From NCBI GenBank assembly GCA_000175855.1, contig ACYB01000042.1:30001-62000 (forward strand): a DNA stretch of 32,000 nucleotides. Direction: 5' to 3'. The stretch comes from Raphidiopsis brookii D9 (GTDB lineage Bacteria > Cyanobacteriota > Cyanobacteriia > Cyanobacteriales > Nostocaceae). Below the pieces are notes generated by a model that did not search any database, had not been told where the DNA came from, and was given only the letters and a program-made list of their open reading frames with translations. The position numbers were made by a program, and so were the translations under genes. Of this stretch, positions 1 through 8,858 are shown piece after piece (the first letter of the stretch is position 1; every line of letters starts with the position of its first letter).

Positions 1-665
1 CTGCACTTAGATATCCAACTATGGGGATTCCTGCTTGACGTAACTTTCCCCAAGCTTCTAGGATAGGTAGTAAAATTTGATCCCTAGCTTCTAGTGGTAG
101 CTGTTCTAAAAACCAATAGATTAGGGAGCCATCTACCATCGCTAGGGAAGGATGGTCGTTTTTTACGCTACAGGCTAGGTCAGCTAGTACCGTAATTTCC
201 GAAGCAGTTCGGCAATGACTCATCCATTCTTCGGTTTTTAAACCCCATTGACGGGCAATGTATAGGTCTTCTTCTCGGTAAAATATCTCTGGTAAGCTAT
301 CTAGCAGGGGATGACGATTTTGTCCATAATATAAAACCACTCTTCCAATATTTAGTAGGTAGCAATAGGCAATTTCATGATGGTTAGGAGCAATTTGAGA
401 ACCGTCCGTAGCAATTATCGTATGTAGTTTGGGGGGAGTAGAAATTTGAATACAAGTGTCTAGAGGTTCTAGGGGTGTAGCATTGGCAAAAGTAATGCGA
501 TCGCGCCATTTTTCCTGACGCTTGACTATTTCGTCTTGACACTGGCAAGCCTTTTTTTAAATTTTCTTTTGCTAACTCCAACTTACGGTTACTTTCAGCT
601 ACTTCAGAGCAAAGGTGCTGGCTTAAACCCTGCATTTGCCCAGCTAGTTTGGTTAAATCTAACAT
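1..665 (-). pseudogene. NurA-domain nuclease-like protein, frame broken at a homopolymer; 3' end runs off the window
   Basis: The N-terminus MLDLTKLAGQMQGLSQHL...ENLKK comes from the ATG at 665. After the T7 run at 552-558 (A7 on the coding strand) the tracked frame becomes implausible. The -1 frame instead reads KKACQCQDEIVKRQEKWRDRITFANATPLEPLDTCIQISTPPKLHTIIATDGSQIAPNHHEIAYCYLLNIGRVVLYYGQNRHPLL... and stays open to position 1. The DGS-containing block resembles NurA-type nucleases, recalled from memory. Confidence 0.5.
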
Positions 666-684
666 GATTGGTATCTAACATTAT

Positions 685-1488
685 TCACATCAACAGATGG
701 TGGGATAACCACTTAGAAAAATCTTGCACAAAGCGAGAAAGTGGGAGCAACTGAATGCGCGGGTCATTTTGTCCAGCTTCTCTTTCTGATTGGGTATTAT
801 AACCCCAATCTGCTAAAAAAAGCCCCACCTTGTCTAAATCCGATTGTTGTTGAACCAGTTGTAGAGTTTTCAATCTATCTTCCACAAACCATAATCTTGC
901 TGGTTGATATTCTGTTGTACGAATTAATTCTCGTAAAATTTCGTATTTGGGAAGTTTTACTTCTTTACCAAAAATTGCCTTTTCTGGTAAATTAACCCCC
1001 TCTTGTTCTAACAATTGCTTGACAAAACGTTCCTCTTTAGTGGTAACAATAAACAATTCCACTTCACTATCAATGGTAAGCTTCAATCTTTCTATCACTC
1101 CTGGATAAAATCTATGTAATCCTAACCACCCGCCTAAATCGTTAGATATCCACTGATCGCGCAAACCATCCAGTTTATTACCAACTTCTTGAGATGATAG
1201 CTGGGATGTTTCTAAAATCTCTGTGACAATTTTTAGCCAGTCTTGTAAGATTTGCTCATCAGAAAAACCATCAATTATAGCTTTAATTAAAATCGGCATT
1301 TCCCAGCCCGTTTCAATCACAGGACGGAGACGATAAAATCTCAAAGCTAAATCATCTGGTATTATTTCTTGCTGAGATGGATAAAATTGACAGTAGGTAC
1401 GCCATGCTACCTCAAAGTATTCAATGAGTCCGTCACAGATGACCCCATCAAAGTCTAGAGCTAAAATTGTGGGATGATTTACTGTCAT
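685..1488 (-). CDS. HAD-superfamily hydrolase
   Basis: 267-aa ORF. The N-terminal ILALDFDGVICDG matches HAD motif I (DxDG[VT]). Length and layout are typical of cyanobacterial HAD hydrolases. Confidence 0.75.
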   Translation of the reverse strand: MTVNHPTILALDFDGVICDGLIEYFEVAWRTYCQFYPSQQEIIPDDLALRFYRLRPVIETGWEMPILIKAIIDGFSDEQILQDWLKIVTEILETSQLSSQEVGNKLDGLRDQWISNDLGGWLGLHRFYPGVIERLKLTIDSEVELFIVTTKEERFVKQLLEQEGVNLPEKAIFGKEVKLPKYEILRELIRTTEYQPARLWFVEDRLKTLQLVQQQSDLDKVGLFLADWGYNTQSEREAGQNDPRIQLLPLSRFVQDFSKWLSHHLLM

Positions 1489-1942
1489 GGTTTAAATATA
1501 TATAAAAAACTGCTGATTTCAACTTATCAGAAGAGCATAGGTTATTTTTTGTATTTAGGGAAGTCGGGAAATTTAGACTGACATAAAAAAATACCTAATT
1601 TATGTGATAATATTTATATTTATATATTTTAATAACTTATTTTACGTAATTAACATGGGTAAAAGTATCTGATTTATTTATGGTAGCAGGTACTGTAATA
1701 GTGTTATGATGTCGAATGTACGCTGTGTATAGTTTTTGAGTTTTTGTATTGTGACTATAGCTCTACTACATCGGCCCTACCTTTTCATACTTTTTTTTGG
1801 TTAAGGTATTCTTATATATCTTTTGATAGATGTAATGAGACTTTCTAATTTTTTATAATGGTACTGTTTAGTCACAGTAATGATGTAATTTCTCCCTTGG
1901 TTAAAATTCTCTCTAATTGTCTCTAGTGGATTTTATATACCT

Positions 1943-2716
1943 ATGTTAACTATGCTGGAACAAATCACTGCCCTTATTCTTACTTACAACGAAGCACCCA
2001 ATATTGACCGGACTCTCAAAAAACTCACCTGGGCTAAAAAAATTATTGTTATTGATAGTTACAGCACAGATGAAACCCTACAAATACTTTGCCAATATGC
2101 CCAAGTACAAGTTTTTGAACGAAAATTTGATACTCATACTAATCAATGGAACTACGGACTAAAGCAGGTGAGATCAGAATGGGTTCTCTCTCTTGATGCT
2201 GACTACTTGTTGACTGATCAACTAATCACTGAAATTCAAAATTTGCCCTTGGATACTGATAGTATTGATGGCTACTTTGTGAGATTTAAGTACTGCGTAT
2301 TTGGTAAACCTTTACGAGGTGCTATACTTCCGCCTCGTCAAGTGCTTTTTCGCCAAAACAAGGCAATCTATACTGGTGATGGTCACACTCAACTACTGAA
2401 AAACGAAGGTAAATCCATTCAATTGCAAGGATATATTCATCATGATGATCGCAAAGCATTAAGTCGCTGGCTATGGGCGCAAGATCGTTACATGATTATT
2501 GAAAGTAAAAAACTTCTGGAAACACCTAACCATAAACTCAGTCCGGGCGATCGCCTTCGTAAATACAAAATATTAGCCCCGCCAATCATTCTAGTTTATT
2601 GCTTAATTATTAAGGGGGCAATTTTTGACGGTTGGCATGGGTGGCATTATACCCTTCAAAGGGTTTTAGCAGAAATTTTGCTGAGTATACGGCTCATAGA
2701 AGGGGAAAGAGGTTGA
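1943..2716 (+). CDS. Family 2 glycosyltransferase
   Basis: ITALILTYNEAPNIDRTL...VIDSYSTDET...SLDADYLL forms a GT-A N-terminal strand plus a DxD-type motif. It is the first gene after a 450-bp AT-rich divergent intergenic region. Confidence 0.85.
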   Translation: MLTMLEQITALILTYNEAPNIDRTLKKLTWAKKIIVIDSYSTDETLQILCQYAQVQVFERKFDTHTNQWNYGLKQVRSEWVLSLDADYLLTDQLITEIQNLPLDTDSIDGYFVRFKYCVFGKPLRGAILPPRQVLFRQNKAIYTGDGHTQLLKNEGKSIQLQGYIHHDDRKALSRWLWAQDRYMIIESKKLLETPNHKLSPGDRLRKYKILAPPIILVYCLIIKGAIFDGWHGWHYTLQRVLAEILLSIRLIEGERG

Positions 2717-2765
2717 ATTCACTTTCATGAGACAATGAAATGGGTCATAAAACGTAAAACAACAG

Positions 2766-4112
2766 GTGGCTACCATGAGCGAGACAGAATTAACTCAGAA
2801 TAGTTTAGGTAAAGAAATCCATTTACATGGGAATCAAAAGCAGACAACTGCTAAAAAATTATTGGTAATTACGGAATTTTTTCCCCCAGATTATGCAGCT
2901 ACGGGACAACTAATAGAAGAACTAGTCAGGCAATTAAATCAGGAGAAATTAAAGGTTGAGGTATTTACGGGACAACCAGGTTATGCCTACAGTGTAGATA
3001 AGGCCCCATCAAGAGAGTACCTGGAAGGTGTACATATTAGACGAACCCGTGCTACCCGATTTTGGTCAAAAAGAATCCGTGGTAAAACTCTCAATGGCAT
3101 AATTTTTACTGTCCGTGCCTTCTTCCATATTATCTTTAATTTTTATAAGTATGACCTATTTTTATTAACTTCTGCACCTCCCTTTTTAACATGGGCAGCA
3201 TATCTAGTAAAAATAATTTGTAGGTCTCCCTATATTTGTTTAATTTATGACATTTACCCAGATGTGGCGATCGCCTTAAATGTGGTTAAAAAAGACCATT
3301 GGTTAGTTAAGGTGTGGCGAGAGCTAAACAGAAGAACTTGGAATAATTCCGAACATATTATCGTTTTAACTGACGATATGAAAATAATATTACTTAAACA
3401 CTATCCCCAACTAATAGAGAAAGTCTCAGTAATTCACAGTTGGGCGGACTCCAAATTGATAATCCCCATAGAAAAACAAGATAACTGGTTTGCCAGGGAA
3501 CATAACTTAGTCAATAAGTTTACCGTTTTATATTCTGGTAACATCGGTAGATGTCATGAAATAGATACAATTATCCAAGCTGTCCAACTCTTAGCCCAGG
3601 CAGAAAATATCCAATTTGTTTTTATTGGTGGTGGGGCAAAAATCCATGAGCTAATAGAGAAAGTGACCACTATGGGATTAACCAATGTTTTGTTTCTGCC
3701 ATACCAGCATAAATCCACACTACCCTATTCCCTAACTGCCTGTGATTTACACTTAGTTAGTTTAAATCGTAAAGTATATAATTTAGTAGCACCTAGTAAG
3801 TTGTATCCAGCACTAGCCAGTGGTAGACCGGTAGCGACAATTTGCGATCGGGAATCTTATGTGCGAAAGATGGTAGCCAGTGGTAAATTTGGAATAGGTA
3901 TAGACAATGGAGACGGCAGATTCTTGGCTAATTTTATTTGGGATTTAAGTAAGAATAGGCAATTAGTAGAGCAGATGGGCAAGGCGGGTAGAAATTATTT
4001 GGAATCTAATTTTACCCGGGAAAAAGTAACCATGAAGTATACCAAAATAATTATGGAAATCATGGCGAGAAGATGTAACGACAAAAAATTAAGTAACCTA
4101 AGGTCAATGTAA
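2766..4112 (+). CDS. GT4/GT-B glycosyltransferase (WcaI-like)
   Basis: KKLLVITEFFPPDYAATGQLIEELVRQL is an N-terminus typical of WcaI/WbuB-type GT4 enzymes. The C-terminal half has LYSGNIG...VAPSKLYPALASGRPV. The start could be GTG 2766 or ATG 2775. Confidence 0.85.
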   Translation: MATMSETELTQNSLGKEIHLHGNQKQTTAKKLLVITEFFPPDYAATGQLIEELVRQLNQEKLKVEVFTGQPGYAYSVDKAPSREYLEGVHIRRTRATRFWSKRIRGKTLNGIIFTVRAFFHIIFNFYKYDLFLLTSAPPFLTWAAYLVKIICRSPYICLIYDIYPDVAIALNVVKKDHWLVKVWRELNRRTWNNSEHIIVLTDDMKIILLKHYPQLIEKVSVIHSWADSKLIIPIEKQDNWFAREHNLVNKFTVLYSGNIGRCHEIDTIIQAVQLLAQAENIQFVFIGGGAKIHELIEKVTTMGLTNVLFLPYQHKSTLPYSLTACDLHLVSLNRKVYNLVAPSKLYPALASGRPVATICDRESYVRKMVASGKFGIGIDNGDGRFLANFIWDLSKNRQLVEQMGKAGRNYLESNFTREKVTMKYTKIIMEIMARRCNDKKLSNLRSM

Positions 4113-4140
4113 TAATAGATATGACAGGTATGATAGGTCT

Positions 4141-6327
4141 ATGAACAATCAAGATCAAACAGTAGTTACTCCCAGGAGAGAAAACAGCAGGATTAACCTT
4201 CCGTCTGGGGGCCTATATCCCCAGAGCTTGCCCTTATTTCAACCCCCAGCCAATGAAAATAATCTCCTAGAATTTACATCCTTCCTCAAAAGGCGCGCTC
4301 TGCCAGTCATAGCATTGTCATCCGTGGTAATGTCTGGAATTATTTATTCCTCATTCAACACGAAAGAGATTTATCAAGGTAGTTTTAAGATGCTTGTCGA
4401 ACCTTTGAGCAGTGACAAAAACTTATTATTACCCTTTGAAGTTGCTGGGGGTTCTCGTGCACTGGATTACCCCAGCCAAATTGAGGTTCTCAAAAGTCAG
4501 GAAATAATTAGTGAGGTAATACCACAATTGCAATCCTCCTATCCCGAACTAACATACAATTCCCTAATCGGAGGTTTAAACATTCGTAGATTAGGGGAAA
4601 CAAAAATATTGCAGGTTGAATATAGAAGTACAAAGCCTGAAATAATTGATGCGGTATTACAGTCCCTATCTAAATTTTATTTGCAATACAGTCTGGAAAA
4701 ACGTAAAACCAAACTGAGTCAAGGGGTAGCATTTACAAATGAACAATTGCCTGCTATCAAAAATAGAGTGGACAAGTTGCAGTTAGATCTGCAAATGTTC
4801 AGGCAAAAATATCGGTTTGTCAATCCAGGTGATCAGTCCACTAACGTAGTGGGGCAAATCCAAAGTATAGAGGCACAAAGAACTGCTATTGAACAAAAGT
4901 TAATTACAGCTAGGGCTAGTTATTCTAGTTTATTGACACCTCAAGGACAGCGAGCATTGTTAAACTCAGCCCCTATCTATGGTGGGTTGGTAGGTCAACT
5001 CAGGCAATTAGAAACTCAATTAGCTGGGGAATCAGTGAGATTTCAACCAGATAATCCCTACGTCAAAACATTACAAGAAAAAAGAGAAAGTCTATTGCCA
5101 ATTATAGAAGATGAACAAAAGCGATATATATCCTTGAAAATGGATGAGATTGCCAGTACAGTTAATTTGATGGAGATAGAAAGGCAAGAAATAATTAAAG
5201 CTGAACAACAAGTTAAGTCAAAGTTCCAAATATTACCTGTTCTAGCTAAACAATATGAAGAATTACAACGTAATTTACAATTGGCAAATGAAAGCTTAAA
5301 CCGGTTTTTAGAGGCAAGAGAAAGACTCCTCATTGAAGTAGCCCAAACGGAAATACCCTGGGAATTAATCCAGTCTCCAGCTACTTCAGAAGTGCCAATT
5401 CTTCCTGACAGATTACGGGATTTATGGACAGGAATATTCGCTGCTGCTGCAGTAAGTTTGGGTTTTGGGTTTCTCTTAGAAAAACTGGATGAGACCTATC
5501 ACGATCCCACTACCCTCCGAGAAAAAACCAAGTTGCCATTGTTAGGAATTGTCCCCAAAATAAGAAACATGAGTGAGTCCATCACTTCCCTAACTCCCCA
5601 AAAGGGGAAGAGTGAGTCACCTTCCATTCCCTTTCTCCAGTCCAAAAAAGCTCGGAAGAAGGGCTATTATGGTTATGGCTATTATGGTGAGGGACGTATG
5701 TGGCAGTCATTACAGGTTCTCTACGCCAATATTCAACTGCTCAATTCTGACAAGGTTATTAAATCCCTAACTGTTTCCTCTGCGATTAAGGGTGAAGGTA
5801 AAAGTACCATTAGCTCCTATCTAGCACTTGTAGCTGCTTCCTTGGGCAAGAGGGTTTTACTTGTGGATGCTGATCTACGTGTGCCTAAACAGCATAAGCG
5901 ATTTAATTTACCAAATGTAGTTGGTCTCAGCAATATGATTACATCTAATCTTGCTGTACAAGAGGTAATACAACATGTTCCTGATTTGCCAACCCTATCT
6001 GTTATTACCAGTGGATCCACACCACCAGACCCAATGAGATTGATCTCATCGGAGAAAATGAAACAAATAATGACTTCCCTGCATAAAAATTTTGATCTGG
6101 TGATTTATGATACTCCTCCCCTTTCCGGCCTTGTGGATGCCAAACTGCTGGCATCTCAAACGGACGGATTACTACTGGTAGTTGCAATGCATAAAACCAA
6201 TAGACCTGCCATAGCAGAGGTTAAAAATTCCCTGGAAGAATCCTCTACTAGCATATTAGGTATAGTTGCTAACAACCATAAGAAAAGTTCTTATAATTAC
6301 CATGATTATTATTACAATTACAGCTAA
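4141..6327 (+). CDS. wzc: Polysaccharide co-polymerase / BY-type tyrosine autokinase (Wzc-like, PCP-2a)
   Basis: The N-terminal Wzz-like region has a TM segment (LPVIALSSVVMSGIIY), a long coiled-coil periplasmic region and a second TM (IFAAAAVSLGFGFLL). The kinase domain has Walker A (KGEGKST), Walker A' (VLLVDADLR) and Walker B (DLVIYDTPP). The C-terminal Tyr cluster is SSYNYHDYYYNYS. Confidence 0.9.
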   Translation: MNNQDQTVVTPRRENSRINLPSGGLYPQSLPLFQPPANENNLLEFTSFLKRRALPVIALSSVVMSGIIYSSFNTKEIYQGSFKMLVEPLSSDKNLLLPFEVAGGSRALDYPSQIEVLKSQEIISEVIPQLQSSYPELTYNSLIGGLNIRRLGETKILQVEYRSTKPEIIDAVLQSLSKFYLQYSLEKRKTKLSQGVAFTNEQLPAIKNRVDKLQLDLQMFRQKYRFVNPGDQSTNVVGQIQSIEAQRTAIEQKLITARASYSSLLTPQGQRALLNSAPIYGGLVGQLRQLETQLAGESVRFQPDNPYVKTLQEKRESLLPIIEDEQKRYISLKMDEIASTVNLMEIERQEIIKAEQQVKSKFQILPVLAKQYEELQRNLQLANESLNRFLEARERLLIEVAQTEIPWELIQSPATSEVPILPDRLRDLWTGIFAAAAVSLGFGFLLEKLDETYHDPTTLREKTKLPLLGIVPKIRNMSESITSLTPQKGKSESPSIPFLQSKKARKKGYYGYGYYGEGRMWQSLQVLYANIQLLNSDKVIKSLTVSSAIKGEGKSTISSYLALVAASLGKRVLLVDADLRVPKQHKRFNLPNVVGLSNMITSNLAVQEVIQHVPDLPTLSVITSGSTPPDPMRLISSEKMKQIMTSLHKNFDLVIYDTPPLSGLVDAKLLASQTDGLLLVVAMHKTNRPAIAEVKNSLEESSTSILGIVANNHKKSSYNYHDYYYNYS

Positions 6328-6508
6328 GTGCTTTTTGGTAAATCCTTTTGGGGCTGAGTTGAGATACGAAACCCAACTTATGAGGGGGCGATCGCCTTGA
6401 ATTCTCACAAGAAAATAGTCGAAAGGCACAGAAGCCACTTGGCTTTAGACAGGAAGTGCCAACGGCTAATTTATTCGCCTTGATATTTAACATACGTCTG
6501 ACCCGTCC

Positions 6509-6537
6509 TTGACATTAAGGAAAGACGCGCCTATAAT
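6509..6537 (+). promoter_or_regulatory. Consensus sigma70-type promoter (TTGACA-N17-TATAAT)
   Basis: TTGACA lies at 6509-6514, followed by an exactly 17-nt spacer (6515-6531) and TATAAT at 6532-6537. It lies 139 nt upstream of ATG 6676, in the wzc-downstream intergenic region. Confidence 0.5.
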
Positions 6538-6675
6538 TATGGGAACCTGAAGACCGGGGAAGCTTAAGTCCACCAATCCTCAACTTTGGCTTAAGTTAAA
6601 GATTTATCAAAGGTCGGTTTTTGGATCTACGTTCCCAGATTCCCTGTTAATTATTGTCAGGAGTGATATAGTGAT

Positions 6676-7713
6676 ATGAAGGGGAATAATTACTGTGCTA
6701 AAATATTCGAGTTTAATAATAACAAAAGTGGTTTTACGGACTTTTGGTTGCCAATAATCCTGGTAAACCTGGTCTTGACTGTGAGTACGCCGATCAGCCC
6801 CGCAAATGCTACGGAGCAGTCCCCTGATCAAATAGGTAGGGAAGAAAATCAGCCCCATCGTGACCAGTCTACTAGGGAAGTAAACTTGGATGTGAAGTTG
6901 CCACAAATAAATGCTCAAAATAATTCCCAAAATGCCGATAATAGTGAGGAAATCGATAAAATCCGTCGGAGATTATTGCTGGAACCGGTGATCAAACAAA
7001 AACCGGCACCTAAACCACAACCAACAAACGCACCAGGACTCAGTTTTGCTGGTGTTAGTGCCTTCGGGGCCAATATGGGGGATGTATTTCTGGGTACTTC
7101 CGTGGCAACTGCTGGTAACCGAGGAAACTCTCTCAAAGACATAGATGGTAGTATGAGTGCTGGTTTTGGGTTAGGTGATGCCCGAGGACTAATTGGTTTG
7201 GAATTCACTTTTAATAACGGTAGTATCAAAAACTTCGGTAGTAATGGAACCTTTGACTTAAAAGTCCATCGTACTATCCAAACTGACAACAGCAGTTCCA
7301 TTGGTGTAGCCGTCGGTTGGAAAACCTTTGGTCAGTACAAGACCAAAGCCAGTGGTGAAGCCGTCAGGCCTTCTAGTTTGTATGGTGTGGTGACCAGTCA
7401 TTCTCTATTGAGGGCTAATGACCCTGTCAATAAGATGCCCATATCTTTTTCCCTCGGAGTTGGTGGGGGTGACTTCAGACAGGGCAATGATAGTGTGGGG
7501 GTATTTGGTGGAGCCGGGTTGCAAGTTCATCCCCAAATAGGTGTGGGTCTTGGCTGGAGTGGCATTGGACTGAATGTGGGGGCTTCCTTTCTTCCCGTAC
7601 CGACCCTTCCCTTGACAGTAACAACTAGTGTTTCTGATTTAACTAGTAATAGTCCAGGCTCGACCGTATTTTCCCTTAGTGTGGGCTATGGCTTCAATTT
7701 TTTGCCTAAATAA
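6676..7713 (+). CDS. Secreted protein with a Gly-rich, amphipathic-strand C-terminal domain (candidate outer-membrane beta-barrel); family unassigned
   Basis: GGAG lies 12 nt upstream. The signal-peptide-like N-terminus is FWLPIILVNLVLTVSTPISPANA|TEQ, followed by a Q/N/E/P-rich linker (KPAPKPQPTNAPG). About 230 aa of alternating-hydrophobic, Gly-rich segments follow (LIGLEFTFN, TFDLKVHRT, SIGVAVGWKTFG, ISFSLGVGGG, IGVGLGWSGIGLNVGASF, TVFSLSVGYGFNF), with an aromatic residue near the C-terminus. Confidence 0.6.
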   Translation: MKGNNYCAKIFEFNNNKSGFTDFWLPIILVNLVLTVSTPISPANATEQSPDQIGREENQPHRDQSTREVNLDVKLPQINAQNNSQNADNSEEIDKIRRRLLLEPVIKQKPAPKPQPTNAPGLSFAGVSAFGANMGDVFLGTSVATAGNRGNSLKDIDGSMSAGFGLGDARGLIGLEFTFNNGSIKNFGSNGTFDLKVHRTIQTDNSSSIGVAVGWKTFGQYKTKASGEAVRPSSLYGVVTSHSLLRANDPVNKMPISFSLGVGGGDFRQGNDSVGVFGGAGLQVHPQIGVGLGWSGIGLNVGASFLPVPTLPLTVTTSVSDLTSNSPGSTVFSLSVGYGFNFLPK

Positions 7714-7730
7714 AATAAAGGAGTTACATT

Positions 7731-8354
7731 ATGTTAAAAAATAGATTCAGAAAGGAAAATAGGAAGCTGCTTTTGGTTCTGACTTTAAGTCCCCTATTAC
7801 TTTTATGCCAATTACTCCAATTACCGAGTCAAGCTCAAACTAATTCACCCAGTGGGGGTACAGCTGGCACTGACAGCGGGGCACCTACCAATGGCTCCCA
7901 AACCAGCATTTTTTCTAATCCCCCTAGTCCCCAGACTGTGACACCTACTGCACCTACTGGAGGAACTTTTGCCCTAACACCGCAATCTCAGACCAATCTC
8001 AATGTAGTAGCAACAAGTATTACACAAAATCAAAATCTCAGCAGTACGGTTGCAGCAGTGTTCACTCAAGGATCCGGAGCTGCTGCCAATTCACTAATAG
8101 GTAACTTTAGTACGGCCGGTGTTCCCATTCAACTGGCTCAGGCACTGCTTACATCCATTAATAACCTACTGCCTACATCTGGTGGAATAATACAGGGAAA
8201 TGTAAACATTAACAGTCTCAACGATGCTATTGTGGCATACAATGAGATTATTCTTCAGAGTGGATCTGACACTTTAACAAGCCTTTCCGAAAACGAATCG
8301 TTTGTTTCAATCGGTCAAACTCTAGGTCAATTGAGATCAGCTTTGTCCCAATAA
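7731..8354 (+). CDS. Secreted S/T/P/Q/N-rich protein, function unknown
   Basis: AAGGAG lies at 7716-7721, 9 nt upstream of the ATG, and the stop of the upstream gene is 17 nt away. The signal peptide is MLKNRFRKENRKLLLVLTLSPLLLLCQLLQLPSQAQ|T. A low-complexity Thr/Ser/Pro/Gln region is followed by a more ordered Asn/Leu/Ser-rich C-terminal part. Confidence 0.6.
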   Translation: MLKNRFRKENRKLLLVLTLSPLLLLCQLLQLPSQAQTNSPSGGTAGTDSGAPTNGSQTSIFSNPPSPQTVTPTAPTGGTFALTPQSQTNLNVVATSITQNQNLSSTVAAVFTQGSGAAANSLIGNFSTAGVPIQLAQALLTSINNLLPTSGGIIQGNVNINSLNDAIVAYNEIILQSGSDTLTSLSENESFVSIGQTLGQLRSALSQ

Positions 8355-8858
8355 TCTAACACCAACACCGAGTCCGACTCTGGGTAGGGGCCCACCAAGT
8401 TCTGAAACAACTTGTGGTTAGCGTGATCTTACGGTTTAGTAATTGGGGGGTAAATCGCAAATCTTATATCGAAATGACTAACTTATTTTAGATTCCGATT
8501 ACATTGAGAAGTTGAGCTTTGATGGTCCAGTGGATCTCAGTTCCTTCCCCGCAACTCGCTACTCAGTAGTTGAGCCGTGCAGGGGATAACTGTGTCTATA
8601 TCTTGACTGCATGCGATCGCCTTACTATATAATTTTCGACAGATATGAAAATCAACTCCGAATTTTTCTGTAGAAGGGGCTATGGTCCCTACGCCACAGG
8701 AAACCGCCAAAAGTGAAATGTTTAAGGCCAATCAAGCGATGCAAATTGCTAGACGTTCTAATGAACGGGCGGGGGGTATCTGGATTTATCAATTTATTCG
8801 GAGTCCAATTTGGTTTATCAGTGTTTTATTTACTTAACTTGATCTTAGATAGAGTATA

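Noticed and set aside
384-551. C-terminal ~55 residues of the tracked 93-aa ORF (…GLPVSRRNSQASGKMARSHYFCQCYTPRTSRHLYSNF…)
   Set aside because: This is an out-of-frame read-through past the A7 frameshift. The conserved NurA-like sequence is in the -1 frame, so this tail is not a genuine protein sequence.
1489-1942. A 450-bp, very AT-rich divergent intergenic region, scanned for NtcA-type GTA-N8-TAC sites, small ORFs and RNA genes
   Set aside because: I found no exact GTA-N8-TAC match and no convincing hairpin/T-tract or tRNA-like structure. It is most simply the shared promoter region for the HAD gene and the first GT gene.
6612-6625. GGTCGG followed by T5, considered as an intrinsic terminator for a small RNA
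   Set aside because: The only pairing partner for GGTC is a 4-bp distal GACC, and no compact GC-rich hairpin immediately precedes the T-run. I kept it only as part of the structured-leader hypothesis.
8682-8837. 51-codon ORF (MVPTPQETAKSEMFKANQAMQIARRSNERAGGIWIYQFIRSPIWFISVLFT*) with a hydrophobic tail, just upstream of the pyruvyl-transferase gene
   Set aside because: It is below the track threshold and has no clear SD or recognised family. It could be a tail-anchored micro-protein or a relic of a membrane-protein N-terminus, but the sequence alone does not support calling it.
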